NCBI GenBank assembly: GCA_030065715.1
Contig: JASJDF010000002.1
Location: forward strand, 1 to 54,521
Direction: 5' to 3'
DNA length: 54,521 bases
Origin: Xenococcaceae cyanobacterium MO_188.B19
GTDB lineage: Bacteria; Cyanobacteriota; Cyanobacteriia; Cyanobacteriales; Xenococcaceae
The notes under the pieces are model-generated. The model made no database searches. It had not been told where the DNA came from and saw only the letters and a list, made by a program, of their open reading frames with translations. Each line of letters opens with the position of its first letter. The first letter of the stretch is position 1. Shown piece by piece: positions 15,062-24,078 of the stretch. A program made the translations under genes and the position numbers.

Positions 15062-18000
15062 ATGCTCAGTATCAATACTGTTACTTCAGGTATCAGAGAA
15101 AAAGAAGAATACTATACCGAAGATGAATCCTTAACCCAGTCTAAGGAGAAGTATTATAGTGAGTCTGAATCTCAAGATAAGTCTCAAGCTAAAACTGCTA
15201 CTCAAAATAAAGTCGCTAAACTGACTCAAGCGGTGGCTTATGGCAAAGGTGCAGCCGAATTAGGTTTAACTGGCAGTTTTAGTAAGGAAGATTTCAAATC
15301 TCTGTTTTATGGGTTTAAGCCTGGTTCACAAGAACGGATTAGAGGACATAGACCCAACGGAGACACTCAAGAACGATTGGCAGAAGATTTAACTTTTTCC
15401 GCTCCTAAAAGTGTTTCAATGGCTCTACATCTCAATGGAGACAATAGATTATTTGATGCTCATACTGAAGCTGTTAAATTCGTATTAGATGAAGTAGAAC
15501 AGCGATATATTCAAACTCGGATTCAAGTTAATGGAGAACGTAAAGTTGTTAACACTGGCAACTTAACTGCTGCTTTGATTCCCCACCATACTTCTAGAGA
15601 TGGGGATATGCAGCTTCACACCCATGCAGTAGTTTTCAATGGTACTAAAGGAGCAGATGGCAAATGGCGAGCTTTACACAATGATGCGATCGCTAACCAA
15701 GAATGGCTCGGTCATCTATACCAACAGAAATTAGCCCAGAAAGTGCAGCAATTAGGGTATTCCATCTATGAAACCAAGAATGGTTTTGAGTTAGAAGGTA
15801 TTTCTCCGCATGATATTAAGGTATTCAGTAAACGTTCTGTTGCCATCATTAATCAACTCAAACAGGAAGGAAAAGAAATCAATCATGCTAATCGTGATGA
15901 AGCTGCTTTAACTACTCGTAAAGCTAAAAACATTTCTCAAACCCTTACTGAATACCAACACCATTGGCAACAAGAAGCCAAAGCTAACAAAATCAAAGCT
16001 CCAAAAGCCAAAACCACTCCTGTTGCTCCTTTGGGTAAGAAAACAGCATCTCAACTATTAAATAGTGCCATTGCTCACCTTAATGAAACTTCGGTTTCTT
16101 TGGAGCGAGATGATATCTATAAATACGTTTATCGCTCTGGTATTCAGAATTTTAAGTTATCGGAACTAGACCAAGAAATTAGCACTAATAAAGAACTTCT
16201 GACTCTTAAAAACGATAAATTTACTACTGTTAAAGCCTTACAAAGAGAGATTAAAACCGTTAAGCAATGGATGAAGGGACAGGGTAAGAGATCCCCACTG
16301 TTAGATAATCCGAATCTAGAAGGAACTTTACTCAATTCGGGTCAGAAAGAAGCTATTTCTCGTACTTTAACTTCAACAGATACTCATCAGATTATTCATG
16401 GACTATCTGGAGTTGGTAAAACTACAGCTTTGGGGGTTTTGAGACAACAACTCAAAGGAAGCAAAGTAGAAATTAAAGGTTTTTCTCCTACTATTGAAGC
16501 TGCTGCCAAGTTAGAGTCCGAACTAAAGATTAAAACTAATACTGTGGCTCACTTAGTTCTAAGTAAGCCAGACAATAAACCTCATCAGCTATGGATTATT
16601 GATGAAGCTGGCATGATGAGTGCTAAGGGCGCAACAGCTATTTTAGACAAAGCAGATTCGGTCGGGGCAAGAATACTATTAGTGGGAGACAAAGGACAAA
16701 ATTCTAGTATTGAAGCTGGTAGTCCTTTGAGGTCATTAATCAGTCATGGTGCTACTACTCACAGTATTAGTAAGATTCTGCGTCAACAGAACACTATCCA
16801 AAAGCAAGCTGTAGAATTGATTGCTGAAGGTAATGGTAAATCCGCTTTAGAACTCCTCAACACTCATGGTTATGTCACGGAAATTGAGGATAGAGAAGAA
16901 CGTTCTCAATCTGTAGCCAAGCAATATCTGGAATTATCTGACAAAGAGAGAGAGCAAACCTTAATTGTTACTGGTACTAATAAAGAACGACGAAGCATTA
17001 CTCAAGAGATTAGGAAAGGACTTAAAACCGAAGGGAAACTAGGAGAATCCGTCAAAGCTGTACAATTAGTTTCTCGCAATCTGAGTAAAGAACAATCGAA
17101 GCAAATCAATAACTATGAAACAGGAGACTATATTAAACTCCATCGCGAGTATAAGGGAACTCCCTTACAAAAAGGTAAGCTCTACAAAGTTGAGGGTATA
17201 GAAGGTGAGCATTTACTGCTGAGTTCTCATGGTGGTAGGAATTATCGCTTTGACCCATCTAAATTCAGAGACAAACAAGTTTTTACCTCCGATGAAATTG
17301 AATTGGCTGTAGGGGATCAATTACGTTGGACTGCTGGAGCCGATAAGCATTTGGGTCAAATTAACGGTAAACAAGTAACAGTTACGAACTTTAACTCTAT
17401 GTCTATGAATGTCATGGACAATCAAGGTAAAACCCAGGAAGTATCATTACTCAAGCCTCTGCCGTTAGATTATAATCTCGTTTCTACTTCCTATCGCGCC
17501 CAAGGTAAATCCAAAAAGCGCGTCATTGTTTCTGCCACCTCAGACCCTACTTCTAGTCTCGAACCTTTCTACGTCAAGATATCCCGTCAAACTAAAGATT
17601 TAACCGTTTATACCCAAAACCTGGAAAAACTTAGGAAGTGGGTTGAACACTCTAATGCACAAGAAAATCCTCTCGAATTAATTAAGGAATATTATGACAA
17701 CCAACAAAGAACTCATGACAGCCATCTCTCAGTTAAATCAGCAGAATCAACAAATCAGAGAACGATTGGAGATCATCGAAACCCAGAACTCACAAATCCA
17801 AGAACGGATATTAATCAACAAAGAGCAAGTTCCTTATCTAGTCCAAGACGTACTCAACCAGTTTATCCAACAGTTGACCCAAGCCCTACAGAAACCGAAA
17901 AACAACGAGTTAAACGAATTGATCCAAGAACTAACCAACTCAATTCAGTCTCTTTACAACAAAATTCATTTCTCCAGCTTAATTTATCTCGATACCAAGG

Positions 18001-20017
18001 AGAAAATACAAGAGTTTCGCTCGCAATCACAGAATCACTCTCCTTCAACCGATTAGAAGATTTAGCAACTGCCATTACCAATGCTCAGGCTGAAGATGAA
18101 CTAAGAAATGCCATTTCTGGTGTTAATGTTTATCTCCAAGAATTTGAGCAAAAACTGAAATTAGAAGAACTAGATGCCATTTCTCATGCCCTGGATGAAT
18201 GGCAACTGGGACAACAGTTGGCACATACTATACAAATTGCCGATGAAACAGAACACAAATATCAAGATGTAATACTAGCCAAGATTGAATCGCAGAATAT
18301 CTCTCAACCAGATATACAACAATTGATTAAAGCTATCGAGCAATGGCACACACAACAAGATTTAACTACTGTTATTTCTGGGGCTAGTGAAGCGATCTCT
18401 CATCTTTACGAGCGAATTAATTCCTCTCCTGAATATAAGTTTGAGAATCTAGAACAATTAGCCAATGCCATATCTCAACAACAAGCTAGTGATGTCATAG
18501 CTGAACACCTATCTATTTTCCAAGAAGCATCCAAAGAACTTAAACACACAGTTCAGGAGCAATTAGATCGCTTAATTGATTCTGTCAATATTCATCCTGT
18601 ACTAGCTCAATCCACTAATCCCCAACTCCTTGATTCAGTTTCTTCTTTACGGGAGCAACGTACTAGGAGTGTTTTCTGGCAACCAGAATATCCTGACATT
18701 CTCCCCAGAGATCTAGATACTTACATTGATGAGAAACACTGGTCGGAATTTAAGAAGAGTGCTATTCATCCCGATTTAGTAGTTCTCAATGCTGAAACTA
18801 TTCAGGGTAATGAAGTTTACGAACGTCTCCTCTCTGATAAACTTGCCAAATTAGGTAGCGGTCAAGTAGTTACTCAGCCCATGAAACGAGTCATGATGCG
18901 ATATGACGACGTTGCTGATGGTGGTTGGTGGGGCAATGCTGGTATTGATGCTCTGTCTCTGGTTGATTTAGAGCCTGGTGAAAAACCAGATTATACCGAT
19001 TGGGGTTGTTTCAAACCCGATACTCCCCGTATTGATACTCAAAAGAGTGCCACCCGCAGCACACCAAAATATCGTAAGTATGAAAATCCTGCCAATGCTA
19101 AAAGAGTTCCTTTCTTACCCGATGTAAGCTCGCGCCTGGCTGAGAAGATTTACCAAAAACATGGCATTAATCCCACTGCCGAAGAACGGGAAAGTGGTTT
19201 CTGGTATGTTGTTAAACAATATCCTCAGATTCCTATTACCATTACTGAAGGGTTTAAGAAAACCTTATCTAGTCTATCTCAAGGTGAAGTTACCATCGGT
19301 TTAACGGGTGTTAACCATATTTATCGTTCCACTGATGATGACAAGAAGAAACTAGCCAAACGTCAACTCAATCCCGAAGTAGCTGTTTTTGCCAATCCCG
19401 AAAGAGAATTTAGATTTGCCTATGACCAAGATACCAAGGTTAAAACTATCATTAATGTCCGTCGTGACATGGTTAGGGGTATTGAGTTACTTGAGGAACG
19501 AGGGTGTAACGTTAAAGTACTTAAATGGAATAGTGAAGATGGCAAAGGGTTAGACGATCTAATTTCTCAAGCTGGACCGATAGCTTATGCTGAAGCTCAT
19601 CGCAATGCTGTCTCCTCTGACCTTGACAAGAAAATTCACTATCGTACTGAATATAATAAACTTGCCAAACGAGTCAAAGAAGAACTTGGTGATGATCTTA
19701 GTAGTGAAAGATTAGATTTAGAAGTTTATATTAGGTCAGTCCTCAAGGGTGACAAGGAAGACGGTACTAGAGTTGTTGGTGAATCAGATCAATCTCGTCT
19801 CTTAAAACAAGAAAAACCCCAGATGGTTAAGCCTTACCTTGAAGCCATTTCCCATGTTGCTGGTACTTATAAGAGTCTTAGTGATAAAAATACTCCTAAG
19901 TTGGATTATTGGGCTAAGAAGATGCTTAAACAACAAACAGCTAAATTTAAAGTTAAACAGGATGAAAGGCTGGAAAAACGGAAGATTATCACCAAAAATC
20001 AGGATTTGATTCTTTAA
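15062..20017 (+). CDS. MOBF (TrwC/TraI-type) relaxase fused to a RecD-like helicase and a C-terminal Toprim-like (DUF3854-type) domain
   Basis: 1651-aa ORF. N-terminal paired-Tyr motifs EEYYTED and EKYYSE. His triad HHTSRDGDMQLHTHAVVFN. Helicase motifs GLSGVGKTT, WIIDEAGM, LLVGDKGQ, STSYRAQGKS. Then a low-complexity linker and helical repeats. C-terminal ITITEGFKKT (Toprim Glu), FAYDQDTK (DxD) and GKGLDDL. Confidence 0.9.
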   Translation: MLSINTVTSGIREKEEYYTEDESLTQSKEKYYSESESQDKSQAKTATQNKVAKLTQAVAYGKGAAELGLTGSFSKEDFKSLFYGFKPGSQERIRGHRPNGDTQERLAEDLTFSAPKSVSMALHLNGDNRLFDAHTEAVKFVLDEVEQRYIQTRIQVNGERKVVNTGNLTAALIPHHTSRDGDMQLHTHAVVFNGTKGADGKWRALHNDAIANQEWLGHLYQQKLAQKVQQLGYSIYETKNGFELEGISPHDIKVFSKRSVAIINQLKQEGKEINHANRDEAALTTRKAKNISQTLTEYQHHWQQEAKANKIKAPKAKTTPVAPLGKKTASQLLNSAIAHLNETSVSLERDDIYKYVYRSGIQNFKLSELDQEISTNKELLTLKNDKFTTVKALQREIKTVKQWMKGQGKRSPLLDNPNLEGTLLNSGQKEAISRTLTSTDTHQIIHGLSGVGKTTALGVLRQQLKGSKVEIKGFSPTIEAAAKLESELKIKTNTVAHLVLSKPDNKPHQLWIIDEAGMMSAKGATAILDKADSVGARILLVGDKGQNSSIEAGSPLRSLISHGATTHSISKILRQQNTIQKQAVELIAEGNGKSALELLNTHGYVTEIEDREERSQSVAKQYLELSDKEREQTLIVTGTNKERRSITQEIRKGLKTEGKLGESVKAVQLVSRNLSKEQSKQINNYETGDYIKLHREYKGTPLQKGKLYKVEGIEGEHLLLSSHGGRNYRFDPSKFRDKQVFTSDEIELAVGDQLRWTAGADKHLGQINGKQVTVTNFNSMSMNVMDNQGKTQEVSLLKPLPLDYNLVSTSYRAQGKSKKRVIVSATSDPTSSLEPFYVKISRQTKDLTVYTQNLEKLRKWVEHSNAQENPLELIKEYYDNQQRTHDSHLSVKSAESTNQRTIGDHRNPELTNPRTDINQQRASSLSSPRRTQPVYPTVDPSPTETEKQRVKRIDPRTNQLNSVSLQQNSFLQLNLSRYQGENTRVSLAITESLSFNRLEDLATAITNAQAEDELRNAISGVNVYLQEFEQKLKLEELDAISHALDEWQLGQQLAHTIQIADETEHKYQDVILAKIESQNISQPDIQQLIKAIEQWHTQQDLTTVISGASEAISHLYERINSSPEYKFENLEQLANAISQQQASDVIAEHLSIFQEASKELKHTVQEQLDRLIDSVNIHPVLAQSTNPQLLDSVSSLREQRTRSVFWQPEYPDILPRDLDTYIDEKHWSEFKKSAIHPDLVVLNAETIQGNEVYERLLSDKLAKLGSGQVVTQPMKRVMMRYDDVADGGWWGNAGIDALSLVDLEPGEKPDYTDWGCFKPDTPRIDTQKSATRSTPKYRKYENPANAKRVPFLPDVSSRLAEKIYQKHGINPTAEERESGFWYVVKQYPQIPITITEGFKKTLSSLSQGEVTIGLTGVNHIYRSTDDDKKKLAKRQLNPEVAVFANPEREFRFAYDQDTKVKTIINVRRDMVRGIELLEERGCNVKVLKWNSEDGKGLDDLISQAGPIAYAEAHRNAVSSDLDKKIHYRTEYNKLAKRVKEELGDDLSSERLDLEVYIRSVLKGDKEDGTRVVGESDQSRLLKQEKPQMVKPYLEAISHVAGTYKSLSDKNTPKLDYWAKKMLKQQTAKFKVKQDERLEKRKIITKNQDLIL

Positions 20018-21182
20018 AGTCAAGTTCATTTGATTTTTCCTGGTTTGGGAATTGTTGCCGTGATAAAGACTTTTGAGACATCCTTAATTTGACTTGAGCT
20101 TGAGTTATTACTGCTTTTTCTGCCATTTTTCCCTGACCTCGCTCTGCCAATTTTCGATACTCTGGATCGTGATTTTTCATCATTTCAGTTACTATTTCTC
20201 TATCCATCCCCTCACTCAGAGCATTCATTGCCATCTTCTGAGAACCTGCCAAACCTATTTCTCTAACTTCTTGAGAGTAAGATTCATACAAGTTCTTTTG
20301 CGCCAGTCGCAGGAAATCCTGACGATTATATTTGACCAAATCCTTGGCAAACTCTCTTTCTATGGGGGTAATGTGAGAATCTGGAACTGAGTTAATAATC
20401 TCATCAATAGTATCAGGGGTAAGCTTATTGGCTTGTCTTAACCAAGTGACTGCTGCGGAGGGTCTTAACTTCATCATCTTACCAACCAAATCCCGATGAT
20501 ATTCATTAAAGTATGATGTCTGGGTGGTCATATACTTCTGAGGAGTCAAGTCTGGTTCGTTTGCCAAACGACCTGCAATAGTCATTCCAAAACTCATCCC
20601 ATTGTCAAATAATGGGGCTAAACTCTTATTGCCATTACTATCTACCCCGATTTCCCAATTTTTCCCATGTCTATCCTGATTAGCAATTAAACCATCGAAG
20701 ATAATTTGACCAGTCCACAAATCTAAACCATCGTTGATGTTATCGGGAGGCTCATAATTGGGAGGTAACTCAATATTATTTTCAGCGATAAAGTTGGTTT
20801 CTTCGTTGAAATTGTAAGGATAGTGACCCAACTGTTGAAAAATTACTGCTTCTGATTCTTGGTATGAAAGACCTTCTTGTTTGTAGTTAATGGTAATGAT
20901 CCCAGGCGCATTAGCATTTGACTCGAATGTTTCAGATAAGACAGCCAATTCATAACGAGCCATAGGAAGTTGCATGAGTTTTCCTATCTCATAAGCTACT
21001 TTTTCCGTCCAGTTTTTTCCATAGGGTCTATCTAATTTAACCAAACTCTTTCCCAACTGGGGATGGTTGACCCAAAACTTGGTCAAAAGACCTTGAAACT
21101 CTCGTCTATCTAGCTTTCCAGCCCTTCTGAGATCGGGAGTAATTTCAAAAACAGGATATATGGTCATTGATTTTTTTAACAA
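19989..21182 (-). CDS. HipA-family Ser/Thr kinase-like protein lacking the HipA N-terminal subdomain, with a C-terminal ~90-aa helical extension
   Basis: 397-aa ORF. Catalytic-loop motif LIANQDRHGKNWEI and Mg-binding-like LAPLFDNGMSFG (HipA_C-type). The 3' end overlaps the relaxase 3' end convergently by 29 nt. The 5' end overlaps the upstream ORF by 7 nt. Confidence 0.75.
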   Translation of the reverse strand: MLKKSMTIYPVFEITPDLRRAGKLDRREFQGLLTKFWVNHPQLGKSLVKLDRPYGKNWTEKVAYEIGKLMQLPMARYELAVLSETFESNANAPGIITINYKQEGLSYQESEAVIFQQLGHYPYNFNEETNFIAENNIELPPNYEPPDNINDGLDLWTGQIIFDGLIANQDRHGKNWEIGVDSNGNKSLAPLFDNGMSFGMTIAGRLANEPDLTPQKYMTTQTSYFNEYHRDLVGKMMKLRPSAAVTWLRQANKLTPDTIDEIINSVPDSHITPIEREFAKDLVKYNRQDFLRLAQKNLYESYSQEVREIGLAGSQKMAMNALSEGMDREIVTEMMKNHDPEYRKLAERGQGKMAEKAVITQAQVKLRMSQKSLSRQQFPNQEKSNELDFKESNPDFW

Positions 21183-21931
21183 GGCATGGAATTTAAGGGA
21201 AGGAGAAACGGGTGAGAATACAAGGTTTTATTTTCAATTGGTTCAATTTCACATTTAAGCAACAACCAACCACCATAAAGAGAATCTTGGCGATTAATTT
21301 GAGCTATACTTAGAGTCACATTTTTAACAGGACACTGACTCAAGAAAAAGTGAACATAATCAGGACAGTAACCGATGTGCAAATCCTGGCATAAAATTTT
21401 AGTCCGCTCAACATCAGTTTCAATAGTGAGTAATTCTTTTCCTGTTACATTATCCGCGAACTCTTTGACTCCTGGTTTATTGTCTTTAATGAAGTAAGCA
21501 ATATCATCACAAAGAAAATAAAATTCATAATTCCCATCTTTATTGGGAGCAACTTCAGGGAAGAAATCATAATCGTCGTTGTTTCTTCTTCCTAAACTCC
21601 GAGATAGATAAGTTATGGTGTCTCTTTTCCCTTTAGCTTCAGGAATCCCCAGAAAATCGTAGAGGTCTAGAGTATCGGGACGATGGGGAATACGGTTAAT
21701 TAGATTTGGACTTAATTGAGTTAAGTGCCAAAGTTTTTTATAACCAGCATCGGGGTTAAAAATCATCGAACGCAATCTCTGATAATTCGCCTCAAAGCCT
21801 TTGGTATAAGAGTAATAATAATTACCTTGACCATCCCAACTAATACGATAAATGGGAACCCATTGCTGTGGTAATTCTGGATCACTCTCACGCCAACCCA
21901 TGTACAAAGCCTTAATTTCTCTAGTTTCCAT
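21176..21931 (-). CDS. HIRAN-type domain protein with an N-terminal domain resembling the HipA N-terminal (HipS-like) pattern
   Basis: 251-aa ORF. WVPIYRISWDG..YYYSYTKGF, LSPNLINRIPHRPD, ITYLSRSLGRRNNDDYDFFPE and C-terminal IGYCPDYV match, from memory, a bacterial family annotated as HIRAN domain-containing. Translationally coupled to the kinase gene. Confidence 0.5.
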   Translation of the reverse strand: METREIKALYMGWRESDPELPQQWVPIYRISWDGQGNYYYSYTKGFEANYQRLRSMIFNPDAGYKKLWHLTQLSPNLINRIPHRPDTLDLYDFLGIPEAKGKRDTITYLSRSLGRRNNDDYDFFPEVAPNKDGNYEFYFLCDDIAYFIKDNKPGVKEFADNVTGKELLTIETDVERTKILCQDLHIGYCPDYVHFFLSQCPVKNVTLSIAQINRQDSLYGGWLLLKCEIEPIENKTLYSHPFLLPLNSMPC

Positions 21932-21946
21932 AGCTAGTTAAATTTA

Positions 21947-22591
21947 TCAAATGAAGATATAAATACTTTCTGGATTTGTCACAGCTTCGTCAAAATCAGT
22001 TTTGGTTGCCAAGTCAAAATTACGGTTTTTGGCATATTCCATAATTTCATCCATTTCACATCGAGCAGTCCGCCAAGTTTCTTCTACTGCTTCCAAAGCC
22101 ACATCCAAACCTATTTCACTGGCAAAATCAAAACAGTCAACAATAGTTTTCGGAATATTGTATATTTTTACTGGAATTCCTTCAATTATATGGGTTTCAA
22201 TTCCTTGCTCATAAATTGATTCGGGCATATAAACCACTTTTACGGGTAGAGAAGAATCTTGAGGATAAGATGAACCTTCAGGCAAAGCAATCCAAACTTC
22301 CCCTGGTAATTGAGTGGTAATACCATGAAATCTCAAAGCACTAGCTAGACAAACTACCGCTTTGGGAAAACTTACAGCTACTTCTACAAAACTGTGCCAT
22401 GTTTGAAAATCAGCATTTTCAGGCATATAAATTCCTTTAGCAGAAGGATAAAGTACTCCTGAATCTACTAATTTCTCAATTTGAACTTGATTCGCCCCTA
22501 TAGCCAAAATTTCAGTTTCAGTTAAAACACTTTTCCTTTCTCCCAAGCTATAAATGATTGATTTTAATTTTTGGTTAGTTATTTGATTCAT
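21947..22591 (-). CDS. AbiEi-like (type IV TA antitoxin family) winged-HTH regulator
   Basis: 214-aa ORF. LTETEILAIGANQVQIEKLVDSGVLYPSAKGIYMP followed by AVVCLASALRFHGITTQLPGEVWIALP matches the AbiEi N-terminal wHTH plus conserved SAL..HG.T pattern. Ends 15 nt upstream of the next gene. Confidence 0.65.
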   Translation of the reverse strand: MNQITNQKLKSIIYSLGERKSVLTETEILAIGANQVQIEKLVDSGVLYPSAKGIYMPENADFQTWHSFVEVAVSFPKAVVCLASALRFHGITTQLPGEVWIALPEGSSYPQDSSLPVKVVYMPESIYEQGIETHIIEGIPVKIYNIPKTIVDCFDFASEIGLDVALEAVEETWRTARCEMDEIMEYAKNRNFDLATKTDFDEAVTNPESIYIFI

Positions 22592-22706
22592 TTATGAACA
22601 AAGTTTTACTCTATCATCGGGATATTTTTGACAGATTTTGCTTCTGTCATTTTGCTTAATTTATTGAACTTGAAATGTGCGATCGCTTTTATTATACGCC
22701 ACTTTT

Positions 22707-22746
22707 TTATCAATTTGTTGACATTTTAACTTATCAATCTTGAACA
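22707..22746. promoter_or_regulatory. direct repeats in the promoter region of the AbiEi-like operon
   Basis: TTATCAATTTGTTGACA (22707-22723) and TTATCAATCTTGAACA (22731-22746), period 24 nt, 115-155 nt upstream of the AbiEi-like start codon. Confidence 0.35.
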
Positions 22747-22775
22747 GCGATCGATAGTAACATTCCTAGCAAAAA

Positions 22776-23219
22776 TCAATCAAAAGAAGTCGGGCTAAAA
22801 TCTGCCTTCCACTCCCCATCTTTCCGATACAAATCAAGATAATTACCTGACCAACTTCCATCGTTATAATCAATACTATATTTTAATTTGACAAATTCTT
22901 TCCCCATTAATATCCTTTTTTTAGAAAAATACTTAATCCCACCTTTTTGTTTTATGACATTATGTTTCTTAGACAAAGTTGAAGTGATATTCCGATTAGT
23001 AAAATGTCTAATACTGCTAGAGGTAAAAAACTTTAATGTTTGATCAATATCACCTTGTTCTATTAGTTTTATCAATTGTTCAGCTTTTTTCTCTGGATTT
23101 TGTGTTAGACAACCAGCATAAGCAACACAATTATGTATCGTCTCAAAATCTGTATTACAACCAGAAATCATAATACAACTACTCAGAAGAACTGTTAGGA
23201 TTGTTTTTCTTTGTTTCAT
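22776..23219 (-). CDS. small lipoprotein (possible entry-exclusion or surface factor)
   Basis: 147-aa ORF with lipobox LLSSCIMISGC. Located at the distal end of the transfer operon. The function is inferred from position only. Confidence 0.5.
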   Translation of the reverse strand: MKQRKTILTVLLSSCIMISGCNTDFETIHNCVAYAGCLTQNPEKKAEQLIKLIEQGDIDQTLKFFTSSSIRHFTNRNITSTLSKKHNVIKQKGGIKYFSKKRILMGKEFVKLKYSIDYNDGSWSGNYLDLYRKDGEWKADFSPTSFD

Positions 23220-23325
23220 TTTTCTTGAGCTTATAATTGTAAATCAAAATCTAATTCCTAGCGCCATCTTAACTATATAGTCTTGTAAGATTGCACTAAA
23301 TTAGGGGTATAAAAAGTTAGTAACT

Positions 23326-24069
23326 TTACATCAACAAAGATGATGCTTTTTCTTGGCTCAACTTTTGTTGTTGTTTCAAGTTAGATAATTTCACCTGTGC
23401 TTGTGCATTAGTAACTATTTGAGCGAGACTTTTATTGGCTAATCGCTCAGTGTTGGTTTTTGTGAGCATTATATAGCCAGAATCCTGACTTTTGAGCATA
23501 TTGGTCACATTTTCATGACTTACACCATCTTGTAAAGCATTCTTCGCAGTTTCTCTAGTTTTATCTAATCCTTTCGATTTAACATCTTTGGAGTAGCGAT
23601 CATACATTTCCTTAGCATCTGGATCTGGAGTATCCAGTTCTACTTTGGCTGATTGCTCTACCAAACGAGCTTTATCAATGAGAACTTTGCCATCTTTTAT
23701 ATGAAGCAGAGTTTTACCCCCCAAAGTTATCTTCATCGAGCCGTCGAAAGAGGCGGGATTCTTCAAAGCTTGTTTGATTAAATCTGCCTGTTTATCCGAG
23801 ATATTGGTGTTTTTTTGGTTAATATCACCATTTTTCATGCCGAAGACAGTTCGTCGATTGATGGAAATTTCCAGACGGTCTATGTTAATACCACTTTGAT
23901 CTAGTTTGCTAGCCAGACTTAAAGCATACTCTTCGGCTTTAGCTGAATGTCCCAAGTTTAGTTGAGATTCTGACTCTTTTTTAATTGGCTGAGGAGTAAT
24001 CTCCGACTCTTCTTTTTTGAGTTTAACTGCTGAATTGGTACTTGATTCTTGACCTTTTTCTTGAGACAT
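23326..24069 (-). CDS. hypothetical protein carrying the C-terminal helical module shared with the HipA-like kinase
   Basis: 247-aa ORF. C-terminal YDRYSKDVKSKGLDKTRETAKNALQDGVSHENVTNMLKSQDSGY...NAQAQVKL aligns with YESYSQEVREIGLAGSQKMAMNALSEGMDREIVTEMMKNHDPEY...TQAQVKL of 19989-21182. Confidence 0.55.
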   Translation of the reverse strand: MSQEKGQESSTNSAVKLKKEESEITPQPIKKESESQLNLGHSAKAEEYALSLASKLDQSGINIDRLEISINRRTVFGMKNGDINQKNTNISDKQADLIKQALKNPASFDGSMKITLGGKTLLHIKDGKVLIDKARLVEQSAKVELDTPDPDAKEMYDRYSKDVKSKGLDKTRETAKNALQDGVSHENVTNMLKSQDSGYIMLTKTNTERLANKSLAQIVTNAQAQVKLSNLKQQQKLSQEKASSLLM

Positions 24070-24078
24070 GATTTTCTC

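Noticed and set aside
17694-18056. 120-aa alternative-frame ORF inside the relaxase gene that reads like a genuine coiled-coil protein (MTTNKELMTAISQLNQQNQQIRERLEIIETQ...). The opposite strand is also open here (17863-18081).
   Set aside because: The segment is A/C-rich and T-poor, which suppresses stop codons in every frame. That explains why three frames are open at once. Codons of the annotated relaxase frame end mostly in A/T, like the rest of the gene. The alternative frame has many C-ending codons (ACC, AAC, ATC, CTC), atypical for this replicon. The main frame is also needed to join the helicase to the Toprim-like domain. An overlapping gene or a compensated double frameshift cannot be fully excluded. 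Ribosome profiling or comparison with orthologs would settle it.
21176-21931. Interpreting the middle gene of the AbiEi operon as the expected AbiEii nucleotidyltransferase toxin.
   Set aside because: No nucleotidyltransferase motif (hG[GS], [DE]x[DE]) or DUF1814-like pattern is visible. The sequence instead matches the HIRAN-type family pattern.
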